Shown in pieces: positions 1-16,473 of a DNA stretch of 64,000 nucleotides. Position 1 is the first letter of the stretch. Each line of letters starts with the position of its first letter. The DNA is from Paraspadella gotoi. Lineage: Eukaryota > Animalia > Chaetognatha. Location: contig CM119266.1 of NCBI GenBank assembly GCA_051294375.1, forward strand, positions 4,106,931 to 4,170,930, given 5' to 3'. A program made the translations under genes and the position numbers. Below the pieces are notes generated by a model. That model was not told the origin of the DNA. It worked only from the letters and a program-made list of their open reading frames with translations, and ran no database searches.

Positions 1-613
1 GAGAGAGAGAGAGAAAGAGAGGAGAGAGAGAGGGGGGAGAGAGAGGGGAGGGGTAGCCGCGGGTTGAGTAAGGAAGAAGATAAAGAATGCGTAGGATTCC
101 TCTTACAAGATAGTGGGACATAGTGGGACCTTGCAAGCTTTCCATATAAAAAAGTGGTATAAGGTTTCAAAGAATGTTTCAATTTTACATAAGGACCAAA
201 TCGGAAAATACTTTATTGTATTTCGCACTAGAGCATAGAAATATGATAAGATGATATGATAATATGATAATATATAAATCTATGGGTTTAAACTTGAATC
301 AAATTTGCATTTCGCCGCATGATCGATCGACATTTATTCCCAGTCACCTCTTTGGCATTATTGGCATCTCTTTGGCATCTCGTCTTTGTGACGTTTTACT
401 TAACACCTCCATTAAAATTCAGTGCAAAATGTTTAAGAATAACAATATTTTGTACAGCTCTGATCTTTTATTAAATATTGAGAACCATATGTACAAATAG
501 TTTGAATTTCCTTTTTCCCTTTATAAAAAGATACTAGATTTCGTTAGGAAGTTTGCATTAAGTTGTATGTTATAATATTAAAGGTTGTAATTGTAATTTA
601 AGTAACTCCAAGT

Positions 614-627
614 GTTACCATGACAAC
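614..627. promoter_or_regulatory. RFX X-box-like motif GTTACCATGACAAC
   Basis: Near-perfect match to the palindromic X-box consensus GTTNCCATGGNAAC. It lies in a low-quality region upstream of hedgehog exon 2; function is unproven. Confidence 0.35.
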
Positions 628-808
628 CTACATCTCACTTTAGTCCGCCAAGAAATAGCGGCGTCTCTGGCGGAGAAATAAGGCGCCTGATAGAGATAAC
701 ATTGGAGGACGATGCCCACTATGATATCGAAGACGATGACTCTGTCTCTATCGTTGATGCGCTCGTCTAGACTCTTGGAAGCCGCGACTCATGAGACGGA
801 CCCCCTGA

Positions 809-833
809 NNNNNNNNNNNNNNNNNNNNNNNNN
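809..833. other. Assembly gap (25 N); identical 25-N gaps at 2875-2899 and 7224-7248
   Basis: Runs of exactly 25 N, counted in the sequence. Confidence 0.98.
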
Positions 834-1012
834 CGATGAGAGAGAGAGAGAGAGCAGAGAGAGAGAGCAGAGAGAGAGAGAGAGAGAGAAGAGAGAGAAG
901 AGAGAGAGGAGCAGAGAGAGGGACACGATTCGGTTCGTGGAAAAAAACGGTGAGATGAAAAAGTGAAACCAAAATCCATCACCCGCATCCTTTGCCCGCT
1001 CGTTCATCTTCT

Positions 1013-1064
<52 letters not shown>

Positions 1065-1189
1065 TCTCTCTCTCTCCTCTCTCTCTAAATGCAGTTTTAT
1101 GCCGTAGCGAAAGAAGGGAATGCTTCACGATCGATTGTCGCCCTCATTTTTTTTTCTTGTCTTTATTTTATATCCCTTCTTGTTAGTTT

Positions 1190-2870
<1,681 letters not shown>

Positions 2871-4039
2871 GAAANNNNNNNNNNNNNNNNNNNNNNNNNT
2901 TACACTCCCAAAATAAATTTTAATGTCAATGTTTTGATGTTAATTTTCATACACTGCATGAGACAATAAACATCAACAATTGACATTAATAACTTTCTTA
3001 TGTGAAACTTCGAATATGAAATTTTTAGAAATCTGGTTTGTTGAGAGTATATAATATATCTCTCTCTCTCCTCTCTCTTCTCTCTCGACTCTTCCTCTCT
3101 CTCTCTCTCCGGATCTTCTTCCTTTTTAATCTTTGGCTTTTTTTTTCTGAAAAATGTGCCCCTACCAAGTAGTGGTATGTCGTCTGAATAAAATAGAATT
3201 CGCTGCGCCAGATATTATTAATTGAATTACTAACAGTTATCTGTCAGGGTCGTTTTGCTGAAGATGAAAATGATGAGTCAAAATTGTAGAATAATTCGTA
3301 GATGATCAATAATTAATATTTGCTCTATAGGATCGAGTCTTACGAAGGCTCAAATGGCTGAGGTGAAGAAGAAAAAGACCCTTAAAGGCGAAAAGTTTGA
3401 TGTAATCGCACCTATTTCTAAAAGCGAGGATGGTCCCATTTCAGCTTGATATTTCATAATTAATTTAGCCTTTAAATTTAAATTTTAAGGGTTTAGATTA
3501 GGAATATTTTGGTCCGGATAGGTTTAGGGATGTAGGTTATGGATTTAGTTAAAGATGAGTGGCTCAGGGGCAATTAGAAGTTACAGTAAGGGAGGTTACA
3601 ATAGGATTAGAGTGTAGGGTTAAAAGATCCAGAAATAAATATTTTGAGAAGGATCTAGAGTTAGCTATCAGTGAGAGGTAAAATATATTCGAAGAAGATT
3701 AGCATTTTAAGGGAAAACTAATGTGTATTTTAGGACAGATCCGTGATTGACATGCTTTTGGGTAGTAGGGTTCATTCTCTTCGGAGTGATTGAAAGAACA
3801 GGGAATGAGGTTGCCTTTGGGAGAATTTGAAGTGGAAGTAATTTTTTACAAGAGCACTTTAAGATGTTTTTGCGACAGCTCTCTGCAGAATGTCCTGCAG
3901 AGTAATTCGATCTAATTACTTAGGGAGTGGTTCTTTCCAAGTTAAACATTTCTTGTAAAACATATACCACTTCATCGATTGGGGAATAAAACTAGACTGT
4001 GATGAAGAGTCTTGATTAAAAGCTTGCAGAACCTGCTTA

Positions 4040-4490
4040 GTATTATCTATTGTAAGAGTGGATGGGGCCTAAACACCAAAAGCGCAATGTCCAAAGTGCA
4101 AGGGACAACGATAGCTTTCATTTATGAAACAGGAATGGATAATTCTTCATAATGGTTACTAATCTCAATCTCTATTCTCTCGACTAAGAGAGAGTAATGG
4201 GAGGACTTGCGGACGAGGTGGGAGAGTTGATAGAGAAAAAAAGTAAGCGAAAAGAAAGACCCCGAACGGACTGGAGCTGATTTGGGATTCGAGAATTTTG
4301 AGGTGAGATTACAGAGAAGGATTGTCAGAGTTGTTTATCATGTCGTTGTCAACAAAAAGATCGTGAGTAGGTACTAGCAAAAGACAGTCACGTCTACTAT
4401 CTATCAAGAGATTAATAAGCTATTAAATTAAAGTCGAAAAGTTAATGATATAACTGGACAACGAGAGGTGTAACATATGAGAAAAATAAA
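4040..4490 (+). mobile_element. Possible degraded LINE (APE endonuclease) remnant
   Basis: Frameshifted fragments read IAFIYET, GGLA, LELIW, IVRVVYH and TTRG, in the order expected for APE motifs (ETW, GGGV, E-lW, vYrPP, TRG). Many stops and indels. Confidence 0.35.
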
Positions 4491-5369
4491 AGCATATTGA
4501 ATGTTTGTTCCTGGAGTATGTGAGATAGATAGAATGGTTTTTCGTCTCTCACACGATGACTAGTATTTTGTTTACAAGGCGGAGACCATCTTGAGACGGC
4601 CGGGCGAGATAGGTCGTCTTCTTCTCTCCGTTCGTTCTCTCGTTGTCTCGAGGTATCTGCCAGATCTGTTCTGATTGCTCGATACTCTTCATCTCTTCTC
4701 GTTCGTCCTCCTCTCTTCTCTCTAAATGCAAGAAGGACAGAGTATGATTATGCCGCAGAAGAGAGTCAGGAGGCGATCCTTGCTAGCCGAAGAAAGAGGA
4801 GAATTCAACGATCGTTGTCGCCCTCGAATTTTTTTTTTCTTTTTTCTTTTTCTTTCTATTTATGGTCGCTTAAAAGTCATCGACATCGCATCTCCAACTT
4901 TTCTTCTTCATCTTTTATGATGAGACGAGTCTGCCCCTTGACGGGGTGTGGCTCAGAGGCCCGAGCCCCGAGCCCGGTCCTGGGCAGGCAGTCCCCGAAC
5001 CCGTCCGGGGCAGTCAGCCTTAAGTAGGGCTAATTGATCGACCATAAAAAGGTAATTCCTCCCCCTTTTTTTTCGGGTCTTTGGCCACCAGAGGGAATTA
5101 CGTCGTCGTCGATGACCCAAACTAAAACGCGTCTTGGTTTTAAAAAGCTAACACGAAACAATAAAAAAGCACGTGTTTTTTTGTGTTTTTTTTGGTTTGA
5201 AATTGTTAAAAATTTAAACATTTATTTAATGAAAAAGCTATCTTGCCACTGACTTTGAAGAGGGTGCATTGTTTTCAGGGCTCCATCCCTCTTACAATAT
5301 AATAACAATAACAATATCGAGACGCTGCAAGATTTCAATCAAGACTCACTCTTTCGTATTTATTTTTAT

Positions 5370-5625
5370 GGTTTTTTACGCTGCGAGTACTCGCGGAGCA
5401 ACTCTATAAGTCACTTTTCGGTCGGTCGGTCGGTATGTCTGTCCGTCGGTTTGTCCCTCTTACGTTAAAAATGCATATTATTCACCTATAGTTGATTTCT
5501 CATTTGTCAAGACAGGAAAAAACGTCAAATCTTAGTGACTGCTAGCGCCGCCTTCAGGAAATCTTAAACTTTAAAGAATAAAAGACAAGATTCCGATACC
5601 TTGCGTCATAAATACACAAGAAAAG
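5370..5625 (+). mobile_element. Dispersed non-autonomous repeat with GTCG/GTCY microsatellite (DINE-1/Helentron-HINE-like)
   Basis: Reads caactctataagtcacttttcggtcggtcggt. A related head occurs at 24420-24490 and a reverse-complement copy at 36690-36890 (cctgaaggcgtcgcta, gaccgacggacagacatac). Family assignment is inferred from the GTCY tract. Confidence 0.6.
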
Positions 5626-5923
5626 AAAGTCACTACGGCGCAACACATTTGAATTACCCTTCTTTTTCGTTCCATTGATTTGAGTATAGAGAGAGACATA
5701 GAGAGAGAGACAGATTGTAAAGTAGTATGGAGATTAGGAAAATAAAATGACTGAAGAAAAAAGCGTAAATTTCTTTTCAGAATCAAAAAAAAAAAGAAAA
5801 AGTCAATCAACCTTTTTTTTCACCAAAAAAAAAACTTCACACAATCGGGTGAAGTCGAATAATTCGTCCACAAAAGGTTTTGTTTTATGAGAAACATTTG
5901 ATTTTTACGCGTATTAAATCAAA

Positions 5924-5993
<70 letters not shown>

Positions 5994-6461
5994 GGGGGGG
6001 GAAGGAACATACTTCAAATAACTTAAATTATGTCTGTTTTAAAGAAAAGAAAATATCCTGTTAAGATGGAACATGATTCGGAATTAATAGATTTACTTAA
6101 ATATTTTAATTTGACACGATGGCGCCTGGTGTCAGTCAACGCCTCGATGCGTTCTGTGCTACTAACTCGATACCTTTTGTTTCATTTATTTGTTTCGTGA
6201 TGACCAATACAATTTTACTGGTAGCTCTTTGTCTTTCTCAATTAAGTTTAAATAAGCTTAAACCATGTCCTAGTAAGCGATTTTATAAACTTTATAGACG
6301 AGTTATTTATCAAGAAATGTTTTTTGTTTCATAGTGCAGTCACGTGATGGGTCAAACTAGTTTTTTTAACGAAAAAATAATAATATGCAAATTAGTTATC
6401 AAAGGGAGGCTTGTATAAAACAAATGATCATTCCTCGACCCCCATCCCCCCGTTAATACAG

Positions 6462-6723
6462 CGCTGCAAGGACAAGCTCAATTCTTTGGCCATCTCCGTG
6501 ATGAACCAGTGGCCTGGGATCAAACTGCGAGTGACCGAAGCTTGGGACGAGGAGGGGTCCCACTCTAAAGATTCGCTTCACTACGAAGGGCGCGCCGTCG
6601 ACATCACAACCTCGGACCGCAGCCGGGCCAAGTACGGAATGCTGGCCCGTCTCGCTGTCGAGGCCGGATTCGATTGGGTCTACTATGAGAACCGCGCTCA
6701 TATTCATTGCAGCGTCAAGTCTG
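6462..6723 (+). CDS. hh: Hedgehog exon 2 (N-terminal signalling domain)
   Basis: Bounded by cag|...|gtgagt, 262 nt. Encodes [32 protein letters not shown]...[15 protein letters not shown]...[31 protein letters not shown], which is unmistakable Hh-N with the Zn ligands (H, D, H) intact. The phase-1 intron after CSVKS is at the usual hedgehog position. Confidence 0.98.
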
Positions 6724-6853
6724 GTGAGTAGTTGTTGTTGTTGTTGTCGTCGTTGTTATTATTTTGCGTCGAATTTCTTGTTTTGTTACAGATTTTTAAA
6801 GATCTTGGTTAAGATGAAATTTGGGGCGAGGTGAGGATAACTCTCAATCTCTA

Positions 6854-6917
<64 letters not shown>

Positions 6918-7248
6918 TCAACTGCGTTTGTCCGGTCTTGATTTATTTCCACGATTACGACTGACAAACCCTTTAAAAATCGCTCTCTCTTTCTCTTTCT
7001 CTCGCTCTCTCTCTTAAGATAACATAAATTGTGAGAAAGAGAGAGAGAGAGAAATAGAGAGAGAGCGAGAGAACGTCATTTCAACATCAGCTGCTTTTTT
7101 GTTTAGGAAGAGCAGTAGCTGCCCTCTTCCCTTCTCTCTCCCCCTTTCTTCGAAGGGCGGTGATGTCCCTCCTCCTTGGAACTTGTCCAAGATCATAATT
7201 GATCTCTCTCTCTCTCTCTCTCTNNNNNNNNNNNNNNNNNNNNNNNNN

Positions 7249-7309
<61 letters not shown>

Positions 7310-7735
7310 AAAATATGTACTTTAAAAATTTTTTGAGTCGAACGACGTAGACAGAAATGAGGAAAGGAGGGGGGCGGAGGGGTGTGGGGGGAAGATTTGA
7401 ATTAAAACAGAAGATGGACATTTAGACAATAGGGGAGAGGAGATGGAAGATGAGATGGAGGAGGTGGGAAACATGGGATAAAAGATTTTTATTGCTAATT
7501 AAAACAAATGATGGCAGAAGAGATGAGAGAGCAGACGGTGGAATAGATGCGAAAAAGATTAGGAAGAGAAGAGAGAGAAGAGAGAGAGAGAGAGAGAGCA
7601 GAGAGAGAGAGAGAGAGAGGTCATTGGACTTAAAATGAAAAAGGCGACAGATTGTGGCTCGAGAAAGATGACTTTTGACAGGAAGAACAAAGAAGATTTC
7701 TCTCTCTATTTCTTTATTAATAATACCTCTTCTCA

Positions 7736-7789
<54 letters not shown>

Positions 7790-8124
7790 TCTCTTCTTCT
7801 CTCTCTCTCTCTTCGTCGGACATAGAATCTTTTATTCTTTTATATGAAAGTCAAAGAATACTGCGAACATTTGTGGAAAAGGAAAATGTCCGAAAATGGA
7901 AATATTTATAACTTTATCTCTCTCTTCTTCTCTCTCTCTCTTTTCTTCTCTCTCTCTCTTTTTTTTTTTTTTTTTTCCCCTTTTTTTTCTACTTTTTCCT
8001 TAAAATTTCAAAACATTTTTAACGCATCTCAAATTCTTCAATTTTCTTTTTGTTTTTTTCACGACATATTTATTCTAGATCCGCCGACTAAGATTTTCTT
8101 CCCCAAATTACGACTCTCTTTTCT

Positions 8125-8178
<54 letters not shown>

Positions 8179-9886
8179 TTCTTCATCTTCTCTCTCTCTC
8201 TCCTCTCTCTCTCTCTTTCATTTTAACACAGGTCAAGGAACGTTCGAAGAAAAGCGACATGAAAAATTTTCTTATTTTATGGCATTGAACTCTTTCGCTT
8301 TTCACATAGCAAAACGAAAAGCACGATCAGGGACAAAAGACCGTCCGTTGGTCCGTTGGTCCGTCGCGATCCGTCTATTTGTTAAATTTTAGTCCGTCGT
8401 GCCCCTGGCGGTCAGTCGTCGGAATTTTCATCAAGGAAATATATATACCCGATCCTCTATCCTCCTTCCCCGTCCCTCTCCCGAGGAGCCGGTCCCCTTT
8501 TTTGGATTTTTGTTTCTTTATCCCTTTTTTATCGCTGGACAATCTAGTGACCATAAGAGGACCTTAAGCCGCGATTTTAGGAGACTTTCTCGTCGGTCCT
8601 TACCTCACACAACGAGAAATGAAAGAAGTGACCACTTGTCCGTTTACATGTCGTCGTCGTCTCGTCGTCGCATCGTCATCCTTATTTAACCTTCGTTTGG
8701 TTTATTTTCTGTTGTTATCGAACGGGAGACCTAATCGTCCGTTGGGCCAGAGCGACCCGTAGACGCTTTCTCGATTTAGCGTCCCTGATGGCCAGCGCGC
8801 ACCGCAGCCGCAGTCCTCCCCCGCCGCAGCCGCCTAGCCTAACGCCTGACGCCTGCCGCCTGCCGCCGCTGCCGCCTGCCCGCCGCTCCCATGGAAAATA
8901 CGATTGGCCAAATAATCCCCGGTTTTGAAACCTGACAAATTTTGCCGCCGGAAGAAAAAAGGCGGCGATCCGCCGAAGATTTCGTGCGCGGGGCAAAGAG
9001 AGTGGGCAGGCGGGAAAGGAGAGAGGGGAGGAGGGGGAGATGGGAGAAAGAGTTTTGACGTCGTGGGAGACGCGAGACGGCAAAAATGTGGCGATTGATC
9101 GATAGAATGGCGGAGAGATCTCCATTGGAAGAGAGGGAGAAGGAGAGAGAGAGAGAGAGAAGGAGAGAGAGAGAGAGGAGGAGAGAGAGAGAGAGAGAGA
9201 ATCGAGGGAGGGGGGAGATATGGAGAGAGAGAGATGAGTAGAGAGAGGGGGGAGAGAGAAGAGAGAAGGAGAGAGAGAGAGAGAGAGGGAGGGAGATATG
9301 TGTAGAGCAGAGAGAGATGAGAGAGAGTAGATAGATAGATAGATAGATAGATAGATATGATAGATAGATAGATAGATAGATAGAATAGATAGATAGCATA
9401 GATAGATAGAATGCAGAGAGAGAGAGAGAAAAGAAAGCGGAATGGCCGCGAGAGGGACGTGTTCAGAAACGGAAAGTGCTGCAAAATGACCTGTTTGCGC
9501 GTACGTCTGGTGGCGACCGCGGCAGCGGCGTGCGTCGGCGGCGCCGGCGTTTTCCTGCGGCGGCGCTCGGCGTCTCTCCGAGGGCGGAAAGACTGGCGAA
9601 GATCTTCGATGAACGAATTCCTTCGACCGATGTCATATTTTTACTTTTGCCATTTGGATGACGAAGATAGAGACAGAGACAGAGATTGAGGGAGGGAGAG
9701 AGAAGAGAGAGAAGAGAAGAGAGAGAGAGAGAGACGAGAGAGAGAGAGGAGAGCAGAGTAGAGAGAGAGAGAGAGAGAGAGGAGAAGAGAGACGCCCCGC
9801 CTCCCGATGTCTCCCACTTGTATTCGTGATTCCGTTCGCGTTCGGAAGCTTTAAATTTCTCCCTCCCTAAACCACTCCCTCTACGA

Positions 9887-9947
<61 letters not shown>

Positions 9948-10296
9948 CTTTTTCTCTCGCTCCTCTCTCTCTCCTCTCTTCCTAGTTTCGGAGTCGTGAA
10001 AGAAATAATTTCCTGGCCAAAAAACGAAGATTCTTCTCGAGTTTAGCAGACGCGATCCTGAAGATCGAGACCCGGACGATCCTTTCCGGAGGCCGATCGT
10101 GGACGTCGTCGTCGCTGTCGTCGCTGACGCTCACGAAGAAATTTCACTTTTCTTTTCTGTGGATGCGGCTCGTTATAATTTTGTCAGAAAGATAATAAAA
10201 TATTAACGAGGGCCACTTTGGGGCATTTTTCGAACGTGATTGTATTGTTCTTTATTACACTCTCTCTCTTCTCTCTACTCTCCCTCTCTCTCTCTC

Positions 10297-10343
<47 letters not shown>

Positions 10344-10708
10344 AAGCTGCACTCAACATTTTTCTTCCCTTCTTTTTCTTCGATGATCCTCACAAAAATC
10401 CGAGAGAGATCTCGCGTCCGGAGTAAAAAGTCACACAAAAACACTCACTCTCTCTCTCTCTCTCTCTCTCACTCTCCACTTCTCTCTTATCTCATTCTCT
10501 CTTTTTTTTAAAATTATCTCTGCCTAAGAACGCCGCAAAATCATCCGGGTGCCGCGACCGGAAGAAAACCGCAAAACAGCAGCTACGTGACGCAGGCATC
10601 TCGCCACGTAGCTCTATTGTGTGCGGAGAAAAGTAGTTTTTAACCTTGAAACTCCTACGTTGAAATTCTTCTCCCTCTCTCTCTCTGTCTCTTCTCTCTC
10701 TTCTCTCT

Positions 10709-10753
<45 letters not shown>

Positions 10754-13733
10754 TCTTTTTTTTCTCTCCCAGTTCCCCGGTCTTGGTTTCGACGTAAAAG
10801 AGGGAAAAAAGCAAACATTTCTTTATTGCCAACCTATATTAGCTTTCAAAGGTAGAACATTTAGATAAGGGACTTCTAAGCCCCCGTCAACCGCAACTTC
10901 GCAACTCTTTCTTCGGGACCTGTCACTTGTTTTATTTTTGATGCGTACATGCGTGCACAGTGCACACGAATTGCGTGCGAAAAGTGTATTTGGTTTATAT
11001 TAGAGATAGTTGGGGGCTTTCTGGTCTTTAGACGATAATAAAAATTGTTTACGCAATAATGTAGCCAATAAAACATATTCTTTCAAAATAAACTCTCATT
11101 CTCAACCTCTCGCAAACGTCACAAAACTTTCTAAAAAAAATATAATTAATTATAATAATAAGAAACGATGTTAATTCTTAACTTAAGTCAAGCAACCCTG
11201 GTCGCCCCTAAAGAAGGGGAGTTTTTGTCCCCGGATTTATCTCGAATGAGTCAGATATCGAAAAGGAAAAAAGATTCAACTGAATTATTCCCTTTTTCGT
11301 CCAAAAGTCGGCCCCCCTAGAGGGCTTAGCGCTCGCAAGGATTTCTACGGTATTTTTTTAAGCAAATTTGTAGATAATTTTTTTTTCTCCCTCTTGGAGA
11401 ATTCTTTTTTTTTCGTTGCGATGGGTTTATATTGAGACTGTAGTGATTAAGGGGTAGCGGCGACGGTATTTAATATAAGTACTACCTTAACTTCCGATCC
11501 GCGAAGTTTTAAATTCGCTTGCTATCAAAGAACAAGGTAGCCACAGTTGAATACCCACGGTCACACCACACTAAACGCCTTTAACTCGTGCACAGTCTCT
11601 TGTTTTTGTTGGAGCTCAATCTTGGAAACCGTTGCTGCCGAATTTCGAAGGAACCGAGTCTCGGAAAATAAAAAAAAGCCCCAAGAGCTAAACAAACAAA
11701 AAACAGGGAGGGGAACCAGAGAGCGACGTTCGAAGACAGGTCTAATGTCAGGTCTAATTAAAACCGATGTCCTCCCCTCCAGAAAAAATAAAAAAATGGA
11801 TTCGGAAAAGAAAAGATGCGAATATAAGAACGGAGCCGATTCGCGACATTTTCTATACTTATCTCTGCCCGGGGGAAAGACGAGGGGGAAAAAAAAAGAA
11901 AAGATGAAAAAAAAGAAATTAGATTCACTATTATCTCACTTAACCCCCCTTTACCTCCCCCTTTCCGCCCCCCTATCTATCGCGATAATGTCAAGATGGA
12001 GGCCGGGATCGTGCAGGGCGCGCGAGAAATTAATCATGCTACTTGACCGACAGAAAGAAAAAAAACAACTTCTACTAAATACGCGAACTGAAACTTGTGA
12101 AAAAGTTACACACCTCATGAATCTACCGTCGATATATCCCTCTATCCCTCTTCCTCCACCCTTAAAGATTTTCTTCTTTACATTTTCTTTACTTCCTTCC
12201 CCGTATCCTATTCTTCTTTATATTTCCATCTCTCTTCCTTTCTCACAAAACTTTTTCTACTATCTTCTTCCATCTCCTTCTTCACTCACTATTTATCTCC
12301 CTTTTCCCGGAAGAGAAGAAAGAGAAAGTGAAGTTTCGAGCCAACTTAAAGTCGAAAAAATCCTTTCGATCATCGAAACGTGTTACTCCCGTTACAAAGA
12401 ATAACAGGAGTGGAAAAAAACGGCTATCTTCGCCTAGCCAATCGGAACGGCGGCCCAGGGCCAGCCATCGTTTCTGGGCCAATCGGAAAAGTGGAAAAAA
12501 TTCCTGTCGACGTTCACTAGATCGCTCCTTTAACGAACGAAGCCCAACCCTCGGCAGCGAGGCTCGAATCGCTGTCGAGATCGGATCCCGGTCCCGATCT
12601 TCGAAACCAGACTCCGGAAGACTCGCAGAAACTCCGGATGTAAACTGATAATCGTGGCCTAGCATCTTGAGTTGATCCCGGGGGCCACCAAAGGGTTTGA
12701 CTCGTGCCTGCGGAGGGCCCACCGAAGTGTAGACCTGTCGTAACGTTCGTCGTGTTTCGTCGTCGTCGTCTCGTACGTCTTTGCAGTCGTCGTCTTCTTT
12801 TCGACACGAAGGCAACGGAGTCACAACGATATTAAGAAACGTTTAAATATATTTATTATGTGATTTTGTTGAAAAGTAATATTATTAGGTATCCTATTGA
12901 TATTTATTGATCTAACTTAAAATCGAGGTGGTAGCGAACAGAAAGCGGAGAAGGGAAGAAAGTCGAGAAAAGAAACGGTTGATCTTTTTTCAAGTCAGAA
13001 CAAATTCAATCTTTTTTAAAAAAAAATTTCACAAATCCAAACCGAACAAGCGAAAGCTGGACCGGAGGCGTTTTATCGGGGGCTGAGGGGCGATCTTTGA
13101 CGTCGGAATTTGGGGTCAGAGCCATTTCGAACGGTGTCCGATTATTGGCGTCCCCATTTTCCTTTTTACCAGTCAGAGGAAAGTAAATAAAATTCGTGGG
13201 TCCGGTCCGCAGAGAGAGAGAAAAGAGATAAAATGAAGGAAGACTATCCAAATTGCTTTGTTCGCGATTCGTCTTCACTTTTTTTACGGCCACGAATGAC
13301 GTAAGAAGCTAAAAAGTTTTTGAGAGCGCGGAATCGCCAAATAAAAACTAGGACACTCATGTAGGAGGAACTCACTTTTACGGATCGAATCGGATCGATA
13401 ACCGTTAAAAATTTATCAGCGATCGAAAGGATAGACCCTTTCCTGTTTTTGCCTATTGTTCTGGTTTTTACTTTGGCAATCGCCAGGAAATTTTGAAGTA
13501 TAGGACTGAATTAATCAATAATCTAAGCTATCACAACACAGTAACAATTGATTAACTGTTTTAGTGTTGCCAAAACAGAAATATGAATTATAAAACAAAA
13601 GAGAATTCTGTTATTTTAATTCAGTTGTTTATTGTTTTTAGTCGTTTCTTTGTATGATTTGTATTTTTCTTAATAATTAAGTAATTTCAAACTAAACTAA
13701 ACTCACTAAACCCTTTTCCTTTTTTTCCGGCAG

Positions 13734-14457
13734 ATTCCTCGGCTGCCATCAAATCCGGCGGCTGCTTCGCCGGCGACAACAGCGTCCTCCATCGACACGG
13801 GCGTCCGGAAACGATGTACGTCTCTGTGGTTGGAGACCGCGTGGCGTCGCTCGACGCTGACGGGACGCCCGACATTCTCGCCCGTTCTTGCGTTCCTTGA
13901 CCTGCCGCCCGTCGGGCAGAAAATTCTTCTAACAAGCTCGGCACTTCAGATGCACGCTTCGTTGACCTGACGCCGTCTCTCATTTGATTTACGCGTTCCG
14001 CGACAACCAACCCTCTTCTGCCGCCGGCATTTCCGGGCAGATTGGCCGCCGATTTATCGCCCGCGACGTCAAAGTCGGCGCATACTCCTATACCTGTCCA
14101 AAGACGAACGTCGTTCCGCCGACGCGCGTCGTGACGGCTGACGGGCGACGCACAAAGATGGCTCTTTCGCTCCGATGAGCGTCCACCGGGTTCCATCGTC
14201 GTTAACGGGTTCGCGGCCTCGTGTTACGCCATTCTTCGCAAACCATTGGGTGACCGCATCTAGCAATGACGCCGCCTCCGTCTACTAACACAGGCTGCTG
14301 GGGAGTAGCCGCGCGCGCGCACGCGCCCCAGACGAAGCAGCCGACGCGTACAGAAAGCAGGGACGGGCTGCACTGGTATCTCGAGCGCTGCTTTACAATT
14401 TTGCAGACATTTTTTGTGCCCAAGACTGTACGAGTCTATGGTTCTACAGCGATTTAG
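13734..14457 (+). pseudogene. hh: Frameshifted duplicate of hedgehog exon 3 (likely uncorrected long-read sequence)
   Basis: Same acceptor (cggcag|attcctcggct) and DSSAAIKSGGCF start as 20797-21476, followed by many scattered indels that destroy the frame. Confidence 0.85.
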
Positions 14458-15481
14458 AGAGAGAGAGAAGAAAAGCACACAGACCAGAGCACGTAAACGA
14501 GAGACGAAGAGATCGAGAGAACAGAGAGATGATGAGAGAGAGAGAGAGCAACAAGCACGAAACAAAGGAGAGAGACGCAGAGAGACAGAGAGCATCGTGA
14601 CGCGATGCACTTGTTGTTCGATGAAGCGAAGGACGCTCCTGATGAAAATGAAAGAAAAAGTTCGAAAAATTTTAAAAAACTAAAAAAAAAAATTACGCTG
14701 AGTGACGATTTAACACCTCCCTACAAAACCCAAATATTGTATGAAAATGAGAATGTAATTATATATTGCCGGTTTATAACATCACTATGAACAAAATATA
14801 TTTATCGACGCGTGGTAAAGACGCAAACCAAAAAAAAAAAAATTAAACCAAAAAATTCAAAAAAACCTTTGTCCCAAAATACAATTCGTTCCCAAATTTA
14901 TGCATGCTTTCAAGTGCGGTTTACTATATATACGACTCCTTTGCGACTAGTGTTTCAAAAAACAAAAGGCCAATTACTTTAATTATTTAATTATTCACTT
15001 AACTATCTCACTGCACACTAAACCAAATCATAAAGAGCTTTTTAATAAAAATTGTCTAATTCGAAATAATGCAGTAAAATAGAAGTTGATAATAACAAAT
15101 TGTCAGTAATAAAAATTAATATTAACTTCTTTCATGACTTTTTGTTTTCAAATTTCTGCCCGTGACCATTATTGTATCTATCCAGCGATAGCACATGTCC
15201 GTGATATTGTTACTTTCAAATCCTTTTCTGGCAAATTTGAGATTATAGAATATTTGGTTCATCGCGATGTCTACTATTGCCCACAGGGTAGGTCAAAATT
15301 TGCTTAAATATTCCAAATTTAAGTTATAATTTATGACTCCGTTTTGTATCGATAAAAAACTACAATATATTTTTCACTTGGAAAAGTATTTATTGTGTAA
15401 AGATTTATATCTGGTTATAGAACTTTTGCCGTTGAGAACCGACTATGCAATACGAACTTGAAGAACTTTTGTGTATATAAC

Positions 15482-15518
<37 letters not shown>

Positions 15519-16415
15519 ATTTAACACAGGTCAAGAACGTTCCGAAGAAAAGCGACATGAAAAAATTTTCTTATTTTAGGCATTGAACTCTTTCGCTTTT
15601 AATAGCAAAACGAAAGCACGATCAGGACAAAAGACCATCCGTTGGTCCGTTGGTCCGTCGGTCCGTCTATTTGTTAAATTTTAGTCCGTCGTGCCCCTGG
15701 CGGTCAGCGTCGGAATTTTCATCAAGGAAATATATATACCCGATCCTCATCCTCCTCTTCCCGTCCCTCTCCCGAGGAGCCGTCCCCTTTTTTGGATTTT
15801 TGTTTTCTTTATCCTTTTTTATCGCTGGACAATCTAGTGACCATAAGAGGACCTAAGCCGCGATTTTAGGAGACTTTCTCGTCGTCCTTACCTCACACAA
15901 CGAGAAATGAAAGAAGTGACACTTGTCGTTTACATGGTCGTCGTCGTCGTCGTCGTCGTCATCGTCATCCTTATTTAACCTTCGTTGTTTATTTTCTGTT
16001 GTTATCGACGGGAGACCTAATCGTCCGTTGGGCCAGAGCGACCGTAGACGCTTTCTCGATTTAGCGTCCCTGATGGCAGCCGCAGCCGCAGCCGCAGCCT
16101 CCCCCGCCGCAGCCGCCCTAGCTGCCGCCTGACGCCTGCCGCCTGCCGCCTGCCGCCTGCCGCCGCCCCATGGAAAAACCGATTGGCCAAATAATCCCCG
16201 GTTTTTGAAACCTGACAAATTTTGCCGCCGGAAGAAAAAGGCGGCGATCCGCCGAGATTTCCGGCGCCGGGAAAGAGGAGTGGGGGCGGAAAGGGAGAGA
16301 GGGGAGGGAGGGGGAGATGGGAGAAAGAGTTTTGACGTCGGTGGAGACGCGAGACGGAAAAATGTGGCGTTGATCGATAGAATGGCGGAGAGGATCTCAT
16401 TAGGAAGGAGGGAGA

Positions 16416-16473
<58 letters not shown>

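Noticed and set aside
660-808. Hedgehog exon 1
   Set aside because: There is only a faint LAEK-x-GA resemblance, with stops and no CGPGR or PNYNPDIIFKDEE motif. Exon 1 is probably outside the window or in a gap.
11547-12404. 285-aa ORF in hh intron 2
   Set aside because: Low complexity, no recognisable domain, and the frame is not preserved in the duplicate unit (~18735-19530).
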